A stretch of DNA of 64,000 nt from contig OX638149.1 in NCBI GenBank assembly GCA_951804945.1, positions 42,284,001 to 42,348,000 of the forward strand, written 5' to 3'. A program made the translations under genes and the position numbers. Positions within the stretch are counted from its first letter, which is position 1, and each line of letters begins with the position of its first letter. Under the pieces are notes generated by a model. The model was given only the letters and a program-made list of their open reading frames with translations, was not told the origin of the DNA and ran no database searches. Shown one piece after another: positions 1-12,542 of the stretch. This DNA is from Podarcis cretensis (taxonomy: Eukaryota).

Positions 1-339
1 GGTAAAGGCAAAGGGACCCCTGACCATTAGGTGCAGTCCTGACCGACTCAGGGGTTGCGGCGCTCATCTCGCTTTATTGGCCGAGGGAGCCGGCGTACAA
101 CTTCCAGGTCATGTGCCCAGCATGACTAAACTGCTTCTGGCAAACCAGAGCAGCACACAGAAACGCCGTTTACCTTCCCGTCGGAGCGGTACCTATTTGC
201 TTACTTGCACTTTGACGTGCTTTCAAACTGCTAGGTTGGCAGGAGCAGGGACCGAGCAATGGGAGCTTACCCCGTTGCGGGGATTCGAACCACTTACCTT
301 CTGATCGGTAAGTCCTAGACTCTGTGGTTTAACCCACAG
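1..339 (-). mobile_element. Sauria SINE
   Basis: Reverse complement reads ctgtgggttaaaccacagagtctaggactt...ggttcgaatccccgc (B box)...gggtccctttgcctttacc (ACCTTT-type tail). Confidence 0.88.
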
Positions 340-784
340 TGAGGACCCCTCAAAACAGCATTAGTCATGGATGGCACCGTGATGGGTGGAAGGGGGAATT
401 GCGAAAGATCAACTCAAGTCCTGTTACACTGCTAAGAGCTCTGCTATGTCCAGTTGCATACAACCCCCTGTCCCACCCTCCCCCCGAGAATAGCAATACC
501 TGCATATCTTTAAAGTATTCAGTATTTGAGTTAGTTGCTTGTACTTGATCACTGCAGGCTGTAGCATTTTTGAAAAGAGGGTAATCCCCCCCCCCCACCA
601 TTTGATCAAGGATGAGCCTTTCAAAGAAATTCGAAGGGATGCAATGAGACTGTCAGAAATCTAGGAAGGCATTGGACTATATTTTTCAGGCACTCTTGTT
701 GACTCTTAGAACTTATTCCCTCCAGAGTTATTGGAATAATATTAATGCTATTTATTATATATTATGTATCTAAATAAATAAATA

Positions 785-1028
785 CAGTGGACGCTCGGGT
801 TGCAAATGTGATCCGTGCAGGTTGCACGTTCGCAACCTGCAGTGCACGTCTGTGCATGCGCGGGTTGTGATTCGGTGCTTCTGTGCATGCACAAAGCGCG
901 ATTTAGCGCTTCTGCACATGTGCAACCGCCGAAACCTGAAAGTAACCCATTCCGGTACTTCCGGGTTTCGGCGGGTCCGTAACTCAAAAAAACACATCCT
1001 GAAGCCTCTGAAACCCAAGGTATGACTG
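785..1028. mobile_element. Tc1/mariner (pogo/Tigger-like) MITE
   Basis: TA|cagtggacgctcgggtt...aacccaaggtatgactg|TA; imperfect TIRs and a TA target duplication. Confidence 0.75.
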
Positions 1029-1314
1029 TACTAGATATTAAAAGTATAGAATCAAGAAAAAATGAATGTAAGCAAGCTACAGACATAATCTAAATAAACA
1101 GGAACATAAGGAAAATAAAAGCGGTACAGGAAGACAATGGAGAAAGCAATACAATGGTTGAATTTATTAAAGTATGTATGTTTGCCAACAGACAGTGCCG
1201 ATTTTCCTCTTTTGTATGCTCTTTGTGACATTGTATGAGTTGGCTTATTGTGGTCATAGTGTAATGATTATAACTGTTATTCAAAGATATTTCAGTTTAT
1301 TGTTATAATTTCAG

Positions 1315-1417
1315 ATTAATATGTTGCTAAACTTTCAACTGGGAGAGGATTGTCCTTGCCCAGAGGAGATTCAGGAAGAGTTATATGAGTTTCACGATGA
1401 TCTCCTAATCCATTGTG
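1315..1417 (+). CDS. RYR3: RYR3 internal exon 1/33 in window ([35 protein letters not shown])
   Basis: tttcag| acceptor, |gtaag donor. Peptide matches recalled RyR3 [19 protein letters not shown] rather than RyR1/RyR2. Confidence 0.95.
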
Positions 1418-2189
1418 GTAAGCGATTGCCTATTTTGGGTGGAGCATATTATTGCTGAGATTCCGCTTATTGTGAAATATTAATTCCTGCAGTTTTGTTT
1501 TGGTTTATTGACTTTTCCTGGCAAACATGATATTGATTAATTAAAACTGAAAACTGCAAAGATAAAAAAGACACCATAAAAGCTAATTAGACATAAATAT
1601 TTACACTCAAAAACGTTTTTGGGGCAGCAGTAGATCTCAAAGAACTTGTATCTGAAAACATTCTCTCTCCTTTACTTCTTCCTTTTAAGTGAATGCCAGC
1701 TATTTACTCCCATGGGGAAAATAATCTAATGCAAAGTGCACAGACATACATTGTACCCAAAGTAAGAAGTTCACAAAATATATAGAGGCCCTCTTCTTCC
1801 CATTCACCTGCTCTTTATGTGTATTTTAAATAACATTAGCTGTGAGTTTGTGTCATATTGCTGAATAACTGAAATTGAGAAAGTGGCTTTTTAGGCCATC
1901 AAATGAAATGTGTCTTCCAATATAATATTCCTGCTACAAAAGTGTGTCTGTTTTTCTGCAAGCAGCAGGTTCATATTGCAATGGAGCAAGAGAAGAATGG
2001 GGGGAAGGGTACCCGCTCTCATTCTACTCCTCAGCCCCCAGGAGCATATTTTCAGAGGTCACGGGGGTATGGCAGAAGGAAGGGAAGGCAGAAAAACCCA
2101 TTCTGTGAATGGAATGGGAAGTTAAAGTTCAGAGTTGTATAGCATTACACAATACACAAGTCTGTTTAAATTATTAAAGAAAACACGTA

Positions 2190-3080
2190 CTGTATTTTTC
2201 ACTCCATAAGGCGCACCTGACCATAAGGTGCACCTACTTTTGGGGGGGGGATTCCACCCCCCCAAATACCTGTTTTTGGGGCTGGGGTGGGGGATGCTCA
2301 GGCTTCCCCCACCCCCAGTACCCAAAACAGGTCGGGGGGAAGCGGTGAGGCTGCGTGCAGCTTCGCCGCTTCTCCCGGAGCTGGCAGGGGAAGCCCGGGT
2401 TATCCCCCGCCAAACCCCAGGGACCACACATTTGCTCCATGAGACGCACAGACATTTCCCCTTAGATTTTATTTTTTTTTTTAAATTAATTTTTATTCAA
2501 ATTTCCAATAACCAATCCATTTATAATTAAACATCCAATTTAACTTATACATTCTTTTTGACTTCCATCAGCCTATCTGACAATTTTCATATTTATCACA
2601 ACTTCTCACATTTCATACATTTATGTTGCACTTTGACAATCCCTATTTTATCTTCTCTTTTAAGCGACATTCCAGTTTATTTTTTCACAGAGCTTCTTGA
2701 AATCCAACAAGCGTTATTTCCTGATCACACACAGTTTTCATATACTCTGTAAATTTGTTCCAGTCCTCGGTGAATCTCTGATCGCGTTGGTTTCGAATTT
2801 TCCCAGTTAATTTGTCCATTTCTGCATACTCCATCAGTTTCATTCTCCATTCTTCCCTCGTTGGCATTTCTTCCTGTTTCCACCTTTGGGCCAGCAAAAT
2901 TCTGGCTTCTGTTACTGCATATCTAAATAACTTCACCTCTTTCTTTTCAACATCATTCCCTACTATACCAAGTAAAAATGCTTCTGGTTTCTTTACAAAA
3001 GTATATCTCAACATTTTTTTCATCTCATTATAAATCAGATTTTAAGGGGGGGAGTGCGTCTTATGGAGCGAAAAATACTG
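2190..3080. mobile_element. Tc2/pogo-like non-autonomous DNA transposon (CCGTATTT-type ends) interrupted by an L1 fragment
   Basis: Ends ctgtatttttcactccataaggcgcac and gtgcgtcttatggagcgaaaaatactg are inverted repeats; similar ends at 30305-30854. Confidence 0.75.
2472..3036 (-). mobile_element. L1 LINE 3' fragment (ORF2 C-terminus + 3' UTR + polyA)
   Basis: ORF 2685..3023 (KKPEAFLLG...ARILLAQRWK...EDWNKF); T-rich tail at 2472; TSD agatttta at 2464-2471 and 3037-3044. Confidence 0.88.
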
Positions 3081-3182
3081 CATTTTCAAGACACACAAAT
3101 AGTTCAGAAATTCTTTTAAGTTAAGCATTGATGGTGGTCAATAGTATTAAACCATTCGTTCAGTGTAGAGCCTAGAAATATA

Positions 3183-3408
3183 CAATGGTACCTCTGGTTA
3201 CATATTTAATTCGTTCCGGAGGTCCGTTCTTAACCTGAAACTGTTCTTAACCTGAAGCACCACTTTAGCTAATGGGGCCTCCCGTTGCTGCTGCGCCGCT
3301 GGAACATGATTTCTGTTCTCATCCTGAAGCAAAGTTCTTAACCTGAGGTACTATTTCTGGGTTAGCGGAGTCTGTAACCTAAAGCGTATGTAACCCGAGG
3401 TACCACTG
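3183..3408. mobile_element. Tc1/mariner MITE, family shared with 48047-48267
   Basis: TA|caatggtacctctggtta...taacccgaggtaccactg|TA; near-identical body at 48047. Confidence 0.85.
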
Positions 3409-3897
3409 TATAAGCAGAGCATATTCAAAACATGCATATTCAGAACATATTTTAGCCAGTCATTATCTTCATTTCTCACCTATCAACCAGTCTTTTACTC
3501 ACAGCTTGAGCACACCCCCCCCCCAAAATGGCAATAATACCTGCCTACATTTCAGATGTGTACAGTTGAAAAGCACTTTTAGCTTACATGAGGAGTGTGA
3601 TATGTCTATCAAGGAGCTGATCCAGTTACCCACCATATCCTCCCCACTTTATACTGTGTGTGTTGCTCTACGTATGAGAGATTCCAGCTGTAGTAACTCC
3701 TTCCCTTCTCACTGGTCTACCATGAGTGGAGAGCTGCAGTCACAGAGGGACTGTACACATCTAATTGTGTGCATTGGTGGGCCTCTAAGATATCTTTTTT
3801 GATTATTATTTAAGCTTGGGTCATCAGTTTAATATCATGGGAATCCTGGTAAAACACAGACTCCACTTCATTTCAAAATGAGTTTATTACCCATTAG

Positions 3898-4035
3898 GTA
3901 TTCCATTAGAGGGAGAAGAGGAAGAAGAGGAAGATCTGTCATGGACTGGCAAGCTACGTTCATTGGTATATAAAATAAAAGGACCGCCAAAAACAGAAAA
4001 GAGAGAACCTACAGAGGAAGAAGAAAAATATCCCA
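3898..4035 (+). CDS. RYR3: RYR3 exon 2/33 (IPLEGEEEEEEDLSWTGKLRSLVYKIKGPPK...EKYP)
   Basis: cattag| and |gtaag; phase 1-1; RyR3-type SWTGKL..LVYKIKGPPK. Confidence 0.93.
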
Positions 4036-5944
4036 GTAAGAGCTTGAACTGTTATTCATACTAATTCATTTTATTTAATTTTTAGAGAAGAAAATAATAC
4101 ACCTGGAAGCAGGTGAACAGTGAGCTGTGAAGTATATATGAATGAATATGAGCCAAGAACTTCCAGATTCCAATCTTGCCTTAAATTTACAGAAGGATAG
4201 TATTGATTCATTAATATATGTACTCAAAGTAGTACCACTAATGATATATGGTATTTGGGGGGCGGGGTTGTTAGGATAAGGTTGGTTTAATTTCCTGGCT
4301 TGTTCCAAAGCTGCTAATTGTAGTTTCCTCATTCAGAGGAAGTAAATGGTTAATGAGAGAATTTCTGCTTTTATTATGACGCAAGCAAGGAGAGGAATGA
4401 AGAGGCTGTGAACATTTGGGGAAAGGCTCATACATATCTTGTCTTGATATGTTATCCTTTGCAGACATAATGAAATATCAATTAGTTTTTCATTTACAAT
4501 ACATTTTGGTTATATGTGGGTTATCTTTCAAAGCACCAATGCTATAAACTGTACTGAATACATCCACCGACTTTCCCCCCTGAGCCTTTTTGAATTCTTT
4601 CAGGCAGTCATCAATCACTTAGAGCTAATTAGTATGGCGTACAGTAATTCCTTCCAATGCTTAATGACCTGCATAATACTGAATGAAAATAAATATAGGT
4701 AGAAATGAATGGCAGTCTCTCCCTGGTTGTTCTGCAGGGATGTTTTTTATCTGAAACATGCAGCTGTTTTGGGGCAGCTTCACTGGAACTGTGATAATAT
4801 TGGATCCAATCTATGATAAGTTCTCCAAGCAGGTTTAGATGACAAGATGATAAAAATGCTACACACTGTTGCTTTGTGAGGAATGTCATATCATTTAATA
4901 TGGAACGCTAAGGCAATGTTTTGCTGAGAGAGGGTCTTGAACATATCTTTTTAGCATCGTAAGGCTACAACTGACCTTTTTTGGTCAGTAAGTTAGACAT
5001 ATAATGCAGATTGTGCAGTCCCGTCCCCCCCCCCCAAAAAAAAAACATTTTTTGAGGGGCTGGGCCCCCTTAATGTCAGGATGTCACGCAACATCATGTT
5101 AGGCCCCCTCAATCTTCTGGAGAAGCTGGTGCATCTGATGGAGGGGAATGGTGGGACTTATATTCCAGCCACATCTGGATAGCTACAGATTCACCACTTT
5201 CCTCTTCCTTAGACCACTTTTAAAATGTTGGCAAGATTCAGTGTCTGGTGTTTTTGCAATACTACTAATGCATAATTTACAGTTAAGTAAGCTGGGATTC
5301 AGAGATAGCTTTGTAAAGGATGCATGGAATTTGATGCTCCGGTGGTTTATCCAGTCAACCATTAAAAATGAAACACAAATATATTTACTTCGGAAGTGTC
5401 CATGTATTCAGGACCTCAGGAATTCTAGGTCACTGATGGCATGAAGCTAGCAATAGCTATTAAGCAGAGTTTGTAAAACATTTTTGGATATGCAGCCTCC
5501 TTTGGTTAGGGATAACATCACTCTGTATATGTACTTCACTAATCCTCTTCACAGAAGGTTATGATATACCATCTCTTAAAATTCTTTTTATTTTTTAAGC
5601 TTGGTGTGGTGTAAAAGCAATATAAAATGCCATACAAAAACATGCTGATTTGAAAGCATATTTGACAGGGACATGCATGGCATAACCATAAATAAAATAT
5701 TTTTGCTCCTTTGAAATTTGTTCTCAAGAGAGGGAACATTATCCAGGACATTATGCCTCACAAAACTGATATTACTATTCATAATGATGAATGACATGAA
5801 AAAGCTGACCCCTTCATGATGGGTAGCTTATTTTGATCACATAGACTCTGATTTTAATTTAAGTGTTTGCTTTATTTGCATTAACCAAACAGATTTCAAC
5901 AGTTTAGCAGGAAGTTTAGTAGTAGTTTGCCATTATGTCTGCAT

Positions 5945-6166
5945 CTGTGGTTCCCAATGTGGGGCACACAGCCCATAGGGTGGCAATTTGTTTTTTAAGG
6001 GCAGCAATTTGAGAATGAGTTATTAACAGTTAATGGCCTTTTAGGCTTCCTCCACGTGAATAGGAGTTCACTTTTTGAATAATAAGAATTATATGTTGGG
6101 GGGGAGGCTTCAGGAGTTTAGGAGTGCTTAGGTGGGGCATGGCCAAAAAAAGTTTGGGAACCACTG
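5945..6166. mobile_element. hAT MITE
   Basis: TIRs ctgtggttcccaa / ttgggaaccactg; 8-bp TSD gtctgcat / gtctacat (7/8). Confidence 0.8.
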
Positions 6167-6370
6167 GTCTACATTGACAAACAATATAGCTTACAATCAG
6201 CTGGCAAACCAGAATCAGAAGCCATGATTTGAAGTGTCTTATGTGTTATCAGAATTGACAAGCCATAGTTTTTGCTAGTACTGAACCAAAATTTAATGTG
6301 GGGGGTGAATTCTCTGGCAAATTTTGGAAACTGAGACAAAACTCATCTCCAGCACTGGGAGAGGGGCTGT

Positions 6371-6544
6371 GGCAGTGTGGTGTAGTGGTTAAGAGCAGTG
6401 GACTCGTAATCTGGTGACCTTGGGCTAGTCACACTTCTCTGAAGTCTCTCAGCCCCACTCACCTCACAGAGTGTTTGTTGTGGGGGAGGAGGGGAAAGGA
6501 GAATGTTAGCCGCTTTGAGACTCCTTTGGGTAGTGATAAAGCAG
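6371..6544 (+). mobile_element. tRNA-derived squamate SINE with L2-type tail, internally deleted, running into the assembly gap
   Basis: tRNA-like head gtggtgtagtggttaagagc; body gtgaccttgggctagtcac...cctcacagagtg; tail gccgctttgagactcc. Confidence 0.7.
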
Positions 6545-6700
6545 NNNNNNNNNNNNNNNNNNNNNNNNNNNNNNNNNNNNNNNNNNNNNNNNNNNNNNNN
6601 NNNNNNNNNNNNNNNNNNNNNNNNNNNNNNNNNNNNNNNNNNNNNNNNNNNNNNNNNNNNNNNNNNNNNNNNNNNNNNNNNNNNNNNNNNNNNNNNNNNN
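6545..6700. other. Assembly gap (156 N)
   Basis: Run of N. Confidence 1.
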
Positions 6701-6719
6701 CCAAAACCCCCTGGAGAGA

Positions 6720-8323
6720 CTTCCTGTTTTGCAGCAAACCCAGCAAGTCGCCCTCTTGGGTGATCCAGCGCTCAGGAGGGGTCCCAGATGGAGATTAAGG
6801 GGGGTAAGGGGCATACCTCTCCTAAATTTTCAAGCGTATTGAAAGGGCACGACCCATGGTCATCCGTTAATGCCTTTTTTTGGTCTGTGAGCAGGGGTGG
6901 AAATCCCTGTCTCCCAGACGAAAAGGCGAGGGCATTGGGTACAATGGCTCTGTCGAAGGACAGCTCCCAGCAAGCTACCATGGTGAGCTGCGGAATACCT
7001 TTGAATTCAGAAACAATTGACAAGCAAAGAGGCACCCCCTTGAAAAGATCCTGATTTATGCTGCAGGAGAAAACCATCTGCTTGGAAAGGTTTTGAAATA
7101 ATGAAAGATGCTAATTTCTGCTTTGGTTGAGCGGTGGAAGGAGGGGAGGCAATATTTTAAGTTTTGGGGTGTGTGGGGATCTGCGTTATCTACCCATCCC
7201 TAAAGCAATGGAATGTAAAGTTTTCGGGAAGAGTGGACTTTACAGATACCTCTTTGCGATGGATTTCTTTTATAAGTAAGGACTTTGCCTGAAAGAAGAT
7301 GGAGAGTAATAACCTTGAGGGATTTTGACCACCCCTTGGAACTTCGTATTATGAAATAGAAATAGTAAAGAAGAAAAGATTGGTAACAGCTGGATTGACT
7401 GTCTGTTAAGCATAAGAGAATAAACTGTGGAGTTGGATGTAATGAAACTGAGGATCGGCAGGTTGGGCTGCAGGAAGATGTATTGGTTTGCGGGGACGGG
7501 GTGTGTGGAGAGGAAATATGGATTTTGTTGAGATTACAACAGCCTGCCCACCCGCTCTCGAAGCTTGAAATTGAAAATAAGAACAGTGAAAGTGTCAGGA
7601 TGGACCACGATGTATACCATCTTGGCAGCTTCTGAGGCTTTCAGACAGAGAAGAAGAGATAGGGATTATGTTTATTTATTTATTAATGATTTATTAAGGA
7701 GCTGGTTGTATGTAAAATTGAGGGTTAAATTTGGCAGAATGAGAAGGGTTGGTGATGCTGAGGGATTGGCAGTGTTGGGAGGTGGAATGTATATTATTTA
7801 TTTATTTTTTAAAAAAAATTCTAGAGGTTTCATTTTCACCCTCTGCATGCAGCACCAGTGAGGCTGAGTTGTTTATTACTGGAGGCAGATGTCAGACAGC
7901 AATGCTTAAGCCCATGTTAGGGAGGGATGTGTGTTTGTTGCCTGGGATGAAGCAAGATCTGTTTTTCTCAGGCAAAGTGTTACCTAAGAGGTATCAGAAG
8001 GAAATGTTTTAAAATTGATGATTGACTATTGTAGATAAAAGAGGATTTACTCTACTCGACTATTTTGAGGACAGGTTATAGCAACGCATAAAAGCCATAG
8101 CAGAAATTGGTAATTGAACATGTGATGTGTAGGGAGAAGGGATGAACGTATTTTGAAATGATAGTTGGAAAAGTTATTTCATTGGAAGCAGCAAAGAGGG
8201 AGGAAATTAGAAGGGACATGGGGGTGGGGGGGAGTTAGCTTTTAAATGTGTTTTTGCATTTGTATTAATTTGGTGACAATTTGTTAAAAATTACGGAAAA
8301 TCAATGGAAAAGTAATTGGCAGA
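6720..8323 (+). mobile_element. ~1.6-kb putative non-autonomous L1-like retroposon flanked by an 18-bp direct repeat
   Basis: caaaaccccctggagaga (6702-6719) vs caaaagcccctggagaga (8324-8341), 17/18 identical; CpG-containing 5' end; G-rich, then T-rich, then A-rich 3' end; no recognisable protein in its short ORFs. Confidence 0.55.
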
Positions 8324-8611
8324 CAAAAGCCCCTGGAGAGATGCTGTGAGCTTTGGGGACAGGGAAATTGCCTCCACCCCCCCCCCCTGCAAGAAACCAT
8401 CTCAGAACAATACTATGGAATCATGGTGAGAGCCGCTAGCTAGTAATGGCCAGACCCTTTCTCCCAGCAGTTAATAATAGTATTTTCTGAATAATTTTGG
8501 TAGTCATTGATAATTCAACTTTCAGGTTACTGAATTCAAAGAATCCTTTTAAATTATGTGGCTAATAGTTTGCGTTTTCTTTTCTCCTCACCACCCCCCC
8601 CCCCATTGCAG

Positions 8612-8885
8612 CAACTCTGAAGGAGTTAATATCTCAAACTATGGTTCGCTGGGCTCAGGAAGATCAGATCCAAGATCCAGAATTAGTTCGTATTATGTTT
8701 AACCTCCTTCGAAGGCAGTATGACAGCATTGGCGAGCTGCTTCAGGCTCTGAGGAAATCCTACACTATAAGTGCTACATCTGTGCAAGACACAATCAACT
8801 TATTAGCAGCGCTGGGTCAAATTCGTTCCCTTCTCAGCGTCAGAATGGGAAAAGAAGAAGAATTGCTTATGATTAATGGCCTTGG
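8612..8885 (+). CDS. RYR3: RYR3 exon 3/33 ([26 protein letters not shown]...LMINGLG)
   Basis: ttgcag| and |gtatg; 274 nt; overlaps ORF 8641..8922. Confidence 0.96.
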
Positions 8886-9326
8886 GTATGAAATAAACAT
8901 TTTATTTGTATGTTTTAAATAAAAATTAAATATTGAAATTATGGCCCTGGTTATAGTAGTAGCTTAAGCCCACTATAAAACCTAATTTTGTACATATGCT
9001 ACAATATTGGTTTGCTTCAATTATGAATGAATAAATGAACGTTATATGCACCCATTTTTATCACAATCGCTTTACTTTCCATATGATCATCTATGAACCT
9101 GCCTAAACTGAGTTGGTATATTGGTAGAGAAACATTCTATGTTATTCTTGATAATAACCTTGTAATGTGTGTCATAATCTTGAAATTAGAATATAGTCAT
9201 ATCTTTGTAATTGCTCTTTAATTCTGAACCTTAAAAATGCAGTGCTTTTTCTGTGTGCTTGATAAACACAGATCTTGCAGGAGAAAGAATGATTGTTTTT
9301 GTTGAATTTCTTCTTATCCCATTTAG

Positions 9327-9441
9327 AGATATAATGAACAACAAAGTATTTTATCAGCATCCTAACTTAATGAGAGTCCTGGGTATGCATGAGACTGTTA
9401 TGGAAGTAATGGTAAATGTGCTTGGAGGAGACAAATCTCAG
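9327..9441 (+). CDS. RYR3: RYR3 exon 4/33 ([38 protein letters not shown])
   Basis: atttag| and |gtaat; 115 nt; conserved RyR motif. Confidence 0.96.
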
Positions 9442-10892
9442 GTAATTTTATTTTTGCTGTAATTGTTATGAAGCATGCCTTCTGTAGCTGGAAGGAACTG
9501 CGGGTACTAGAAGACTAGTATATTTATCTTGTGCAGTACAAAGTATGACCTGTTAGCTCCATGGATGATGGGAGTTGCATAGGCAAGGTTTCTTGCACTA
9601 AAGATGGATCACACATACAAAAAAGAAGTTGGAAATTGAGAATTAAAATGCTTCAGCCAAGCTGGTTCTAAGCAGCATGCCAATACTATTTATTAGGAAA
9701 TAGTCCTCTACTGGGAGTACTTGTGGAAAATGCCCCCCCCCCATATTTGGAATGCACACATAAGTTTGCATATAAGCCCAAATAATTGAAACCTGCATTC
9801 AGTTGCACACATAGGAGTTACAGTGTAATGTGTGTTCAACCTTTTTACTTACTGAGATTTTAACAGGAATATTGTGTTCTCCTGTAGTGTACAAAAGGTG
9901 AGAAAAAGATGTGCATGTACTTTAAGCATTACAGTGTTAATGGGAACACAGTGCAGGTGTTGACATATACCTGTTAAAACTGTAATGTGTTAAGAGGTCT
10001 CAAAAGTTGCAAAGTAAATGCTCAAAGGAGGAAAATGTGTGAAAATAGTTCCAGAAAATGTGTCAGTTGAGCATTTTAAAGTCCTATCTGTATGTGGGTA
10101 ATAGTTAAGCATATGTGCTACTCTTTCCATGAGTTAATAGGATTTTAGAAAGGCTTAATTTTGGGAGGGATTCACCACCCAAAGGCGCACTCCTCCATTG
10201 TCTCCTGAGACAGAAGGGGACCAACAAATTATGATGGTTTTGTGAATATTTTTTTCGATTGGCTTGGGGATTTTACCTGTGTTTGTCTATAAGTTTTATT
10301 TGTACACCACTTTTTGATCAAGAGATTAAACATTTTCTAATTGAATAAACATTGGGCTTCTGAAGCGGTGCAGTGCAATGTTTTATTTCTCTGTATGCAT
10401 ACTCTTGAGCTTTGGAGGTTGGGATGCAGATCTCAGTACATTAAAACCTCTCTTAGTTGTAAATCAGTGCATATGAATGAGGAAAGGGTTGTATGTTGCT
10501 GAGCTTGGCCTGCCTTAAGTGTTGCTGTGATCTGCGTCTCATTTTGGTGATGTAAAGAAGGTCTAGCCAACACGGAGCTTTGTACTTTTGTATTTTCTGG
10601 TTCAAAAATAATTCCTTATGACTTTGCTGCAGGAAAATCATTTGTCTGAAAAGAGTAGTAACCTCATCATAGTCTTTCTAATATATCTTAAATCTGTGTT
10701 GTATGCAGTCCAATTGAGCTTCAAAGTATATGGCTTTTAAGATTATAGGTTGAGTGCCACAAGCACCTGAAATAGGTGCATGCCTATAAAATCATATGGT
10801 TTTAATATAAGATACATAATGAAAATGATCAAAAAATATTTTGTCTCATTTACTGAGAAAAGGGTGAGAGTTGACATGGCACAATTTTAATG

Positions 10893-11021
10893 CAGCCTTC
10901 CCCAACCTGGTACCCTTTCCATGTTTTGGACTGCATCTCCAATCAGTCCCAGTCAGTACTGGTTGAGGCTGATTGGAGTTGTGGTTCAAACATCTGGGGG
11001 ACAGCAAGTTGGGAAAGGCTT
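10893..11021. mobile_element. Diverged short hAT MITE
   Basis: cagccttccccaac...gttgggaaaggct TIRs; internal palindrome like 56009 and 62016. Confidence 0.65.
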
Positions 11022-11078
11022 TGTCAATATACATTACTGGGAGCACTTGGATGCTATGGTGTAAATATGGGATGGGAT

Positions 11079-11328
11079 CAGGGCCATAGCTAGGGGGTGG
11101 CAAGGTGGGCCCCCACCAGGGGTGCCGGCAATGCCCCCCCCCGCAAAATCGTCTAAAAATATGTCCATCAATATAAATATTGATTATTGCCTCATAAGAA
11201 ATGGTTTTAAATAGAGGGTGAATTGAATGGGTGGAGGAGAGGTGGAAAGAAGAGGTAATTTGTCCATGGCTAGGGGACGCAGTCTGGATGGTTCTGCCGG
11301 GGTGCAAGATCACCTAGCTATGCCTCTG
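11079..11328. mobile_element. hAT-type MITE
   Basis: TIRs cagggccatagctagg / cctagctatgcctctg; 8-bp TSD gatgggat / gataggat. Confidence 0.75.
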
Positions 11329-12405
11329 GATAGGATATAATAAAACAGTTGGATTATGCCAGTAGGAGGTATTTCAACAGCATACCATTTATCAAGATTC
11401 AAGCTGCAGAATTCTAATGTTACTCTACTGCTGATATTTTAGGAGAGTGAACGATTATTGTGGCACTCTGCTGTTTGACACTTGAATGGCTGTAAGTTCT
11501 TACTCAGGCTGACAAATGTGTATGACAAATGTTTTATGATGACAGAAGACAATTGCTAATGGCTTTGAGTATTGACCCAGACATGCCCTCTATGGTGCAA
11601 ATGGCTGAGAAAAAACATTCTAATGCTTTTACTATTGGACAGAGATTACTGGGCTTGTCTTCTCTTAGCATGATGATGTAGAAATATTTATGAGGGTCTC
11701 ATCTGCATTGATGATGCATGTGAAAATGCCATTTTATTATAAGGGCCTTTCAGATTAGGGTTGTGCATGCTTTCTTTTCTGCATAGTAAGTATTGCAGGG
11801 GGGAGGATCACAGGGGACGGTTGCTTCTTTTTCTTGGATTGGGCAAACAATTTTTTTTTACCAAGGTAAGTAAAGGGATCTTTAATATCAGCCTGAGACT
11901 TACCGGTACCATGCTTCACTATTTCAGTTTTTGATGATGCAGTAAGGCACAGCACTAATTCTGATGCATCTATTTGCACTTTGCTTAGTTTCTTCATAAT
12001 TTCCACACAGTGTATGTATATTACAGCAACTAACAACTCAGATGTATATATTTTTTAGTAAAACCTTTTGGCTTCCACCTTCTTCAACTGCTATGATATG
12101 CTGTAGCCAGTCCTAGAACACTGAGGATAGAATCTTAAGGTGTTTGGTTTGGAGTAGCTGAGGTATGTCAGTTATTATCCTCCAGACTGACACCATATGG
12201 TTTTAAGGTGTCAAGTCTTTAGACGCAGAACCCTTGTTTCAAATCTTCTAGGATCAGATAACTTTTCTATTGCAGTAATAAATAAATCAGAGAGATTGTG
12301 ATTCTTTGAATTTAAGTGCTTTGCAACTGGTTGTTGAAGTGTTTTTTGTTTGATTGTTAAGACTGTAGATTCATGGTTCCTAAAATGACTCTGTAGGTTA
12401 GTTAT

Positions 12406-12542
12406 AGTTACAGGTAGGTAGCCGTGTTGGTCTGCCGTAGTTGAAACAAAATAAAAAAAATCCTTCCAGTAGCACCTTAGAGACCAACTGAAACAGTGTA
12501 TGTGAAGAAGTGTGCATGCACACGAAAGCTCATACCAACAAC
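12406..12542 (+). mobile_element. Penelope-like element pLTR fragment with a degenerate minimal hammerhead motif
   Basis: gtagccgtgttggtctg...gtagcaccttagagaccaac...gtgaagaagtgtgcatgcacacgaaagctcat, matching my recollection of sauropsid Penelope-like ends. Confidence 0.65.

Noticed and set aside
6371-6415. tRNA gene
   Set aside because: Only an A-box-like 5' half is present and it runs into a SINE body; no cloverleaf.
6459-6814. ORFs containing long X runs
   Set aside because: Artefacts of translating through the N gap.
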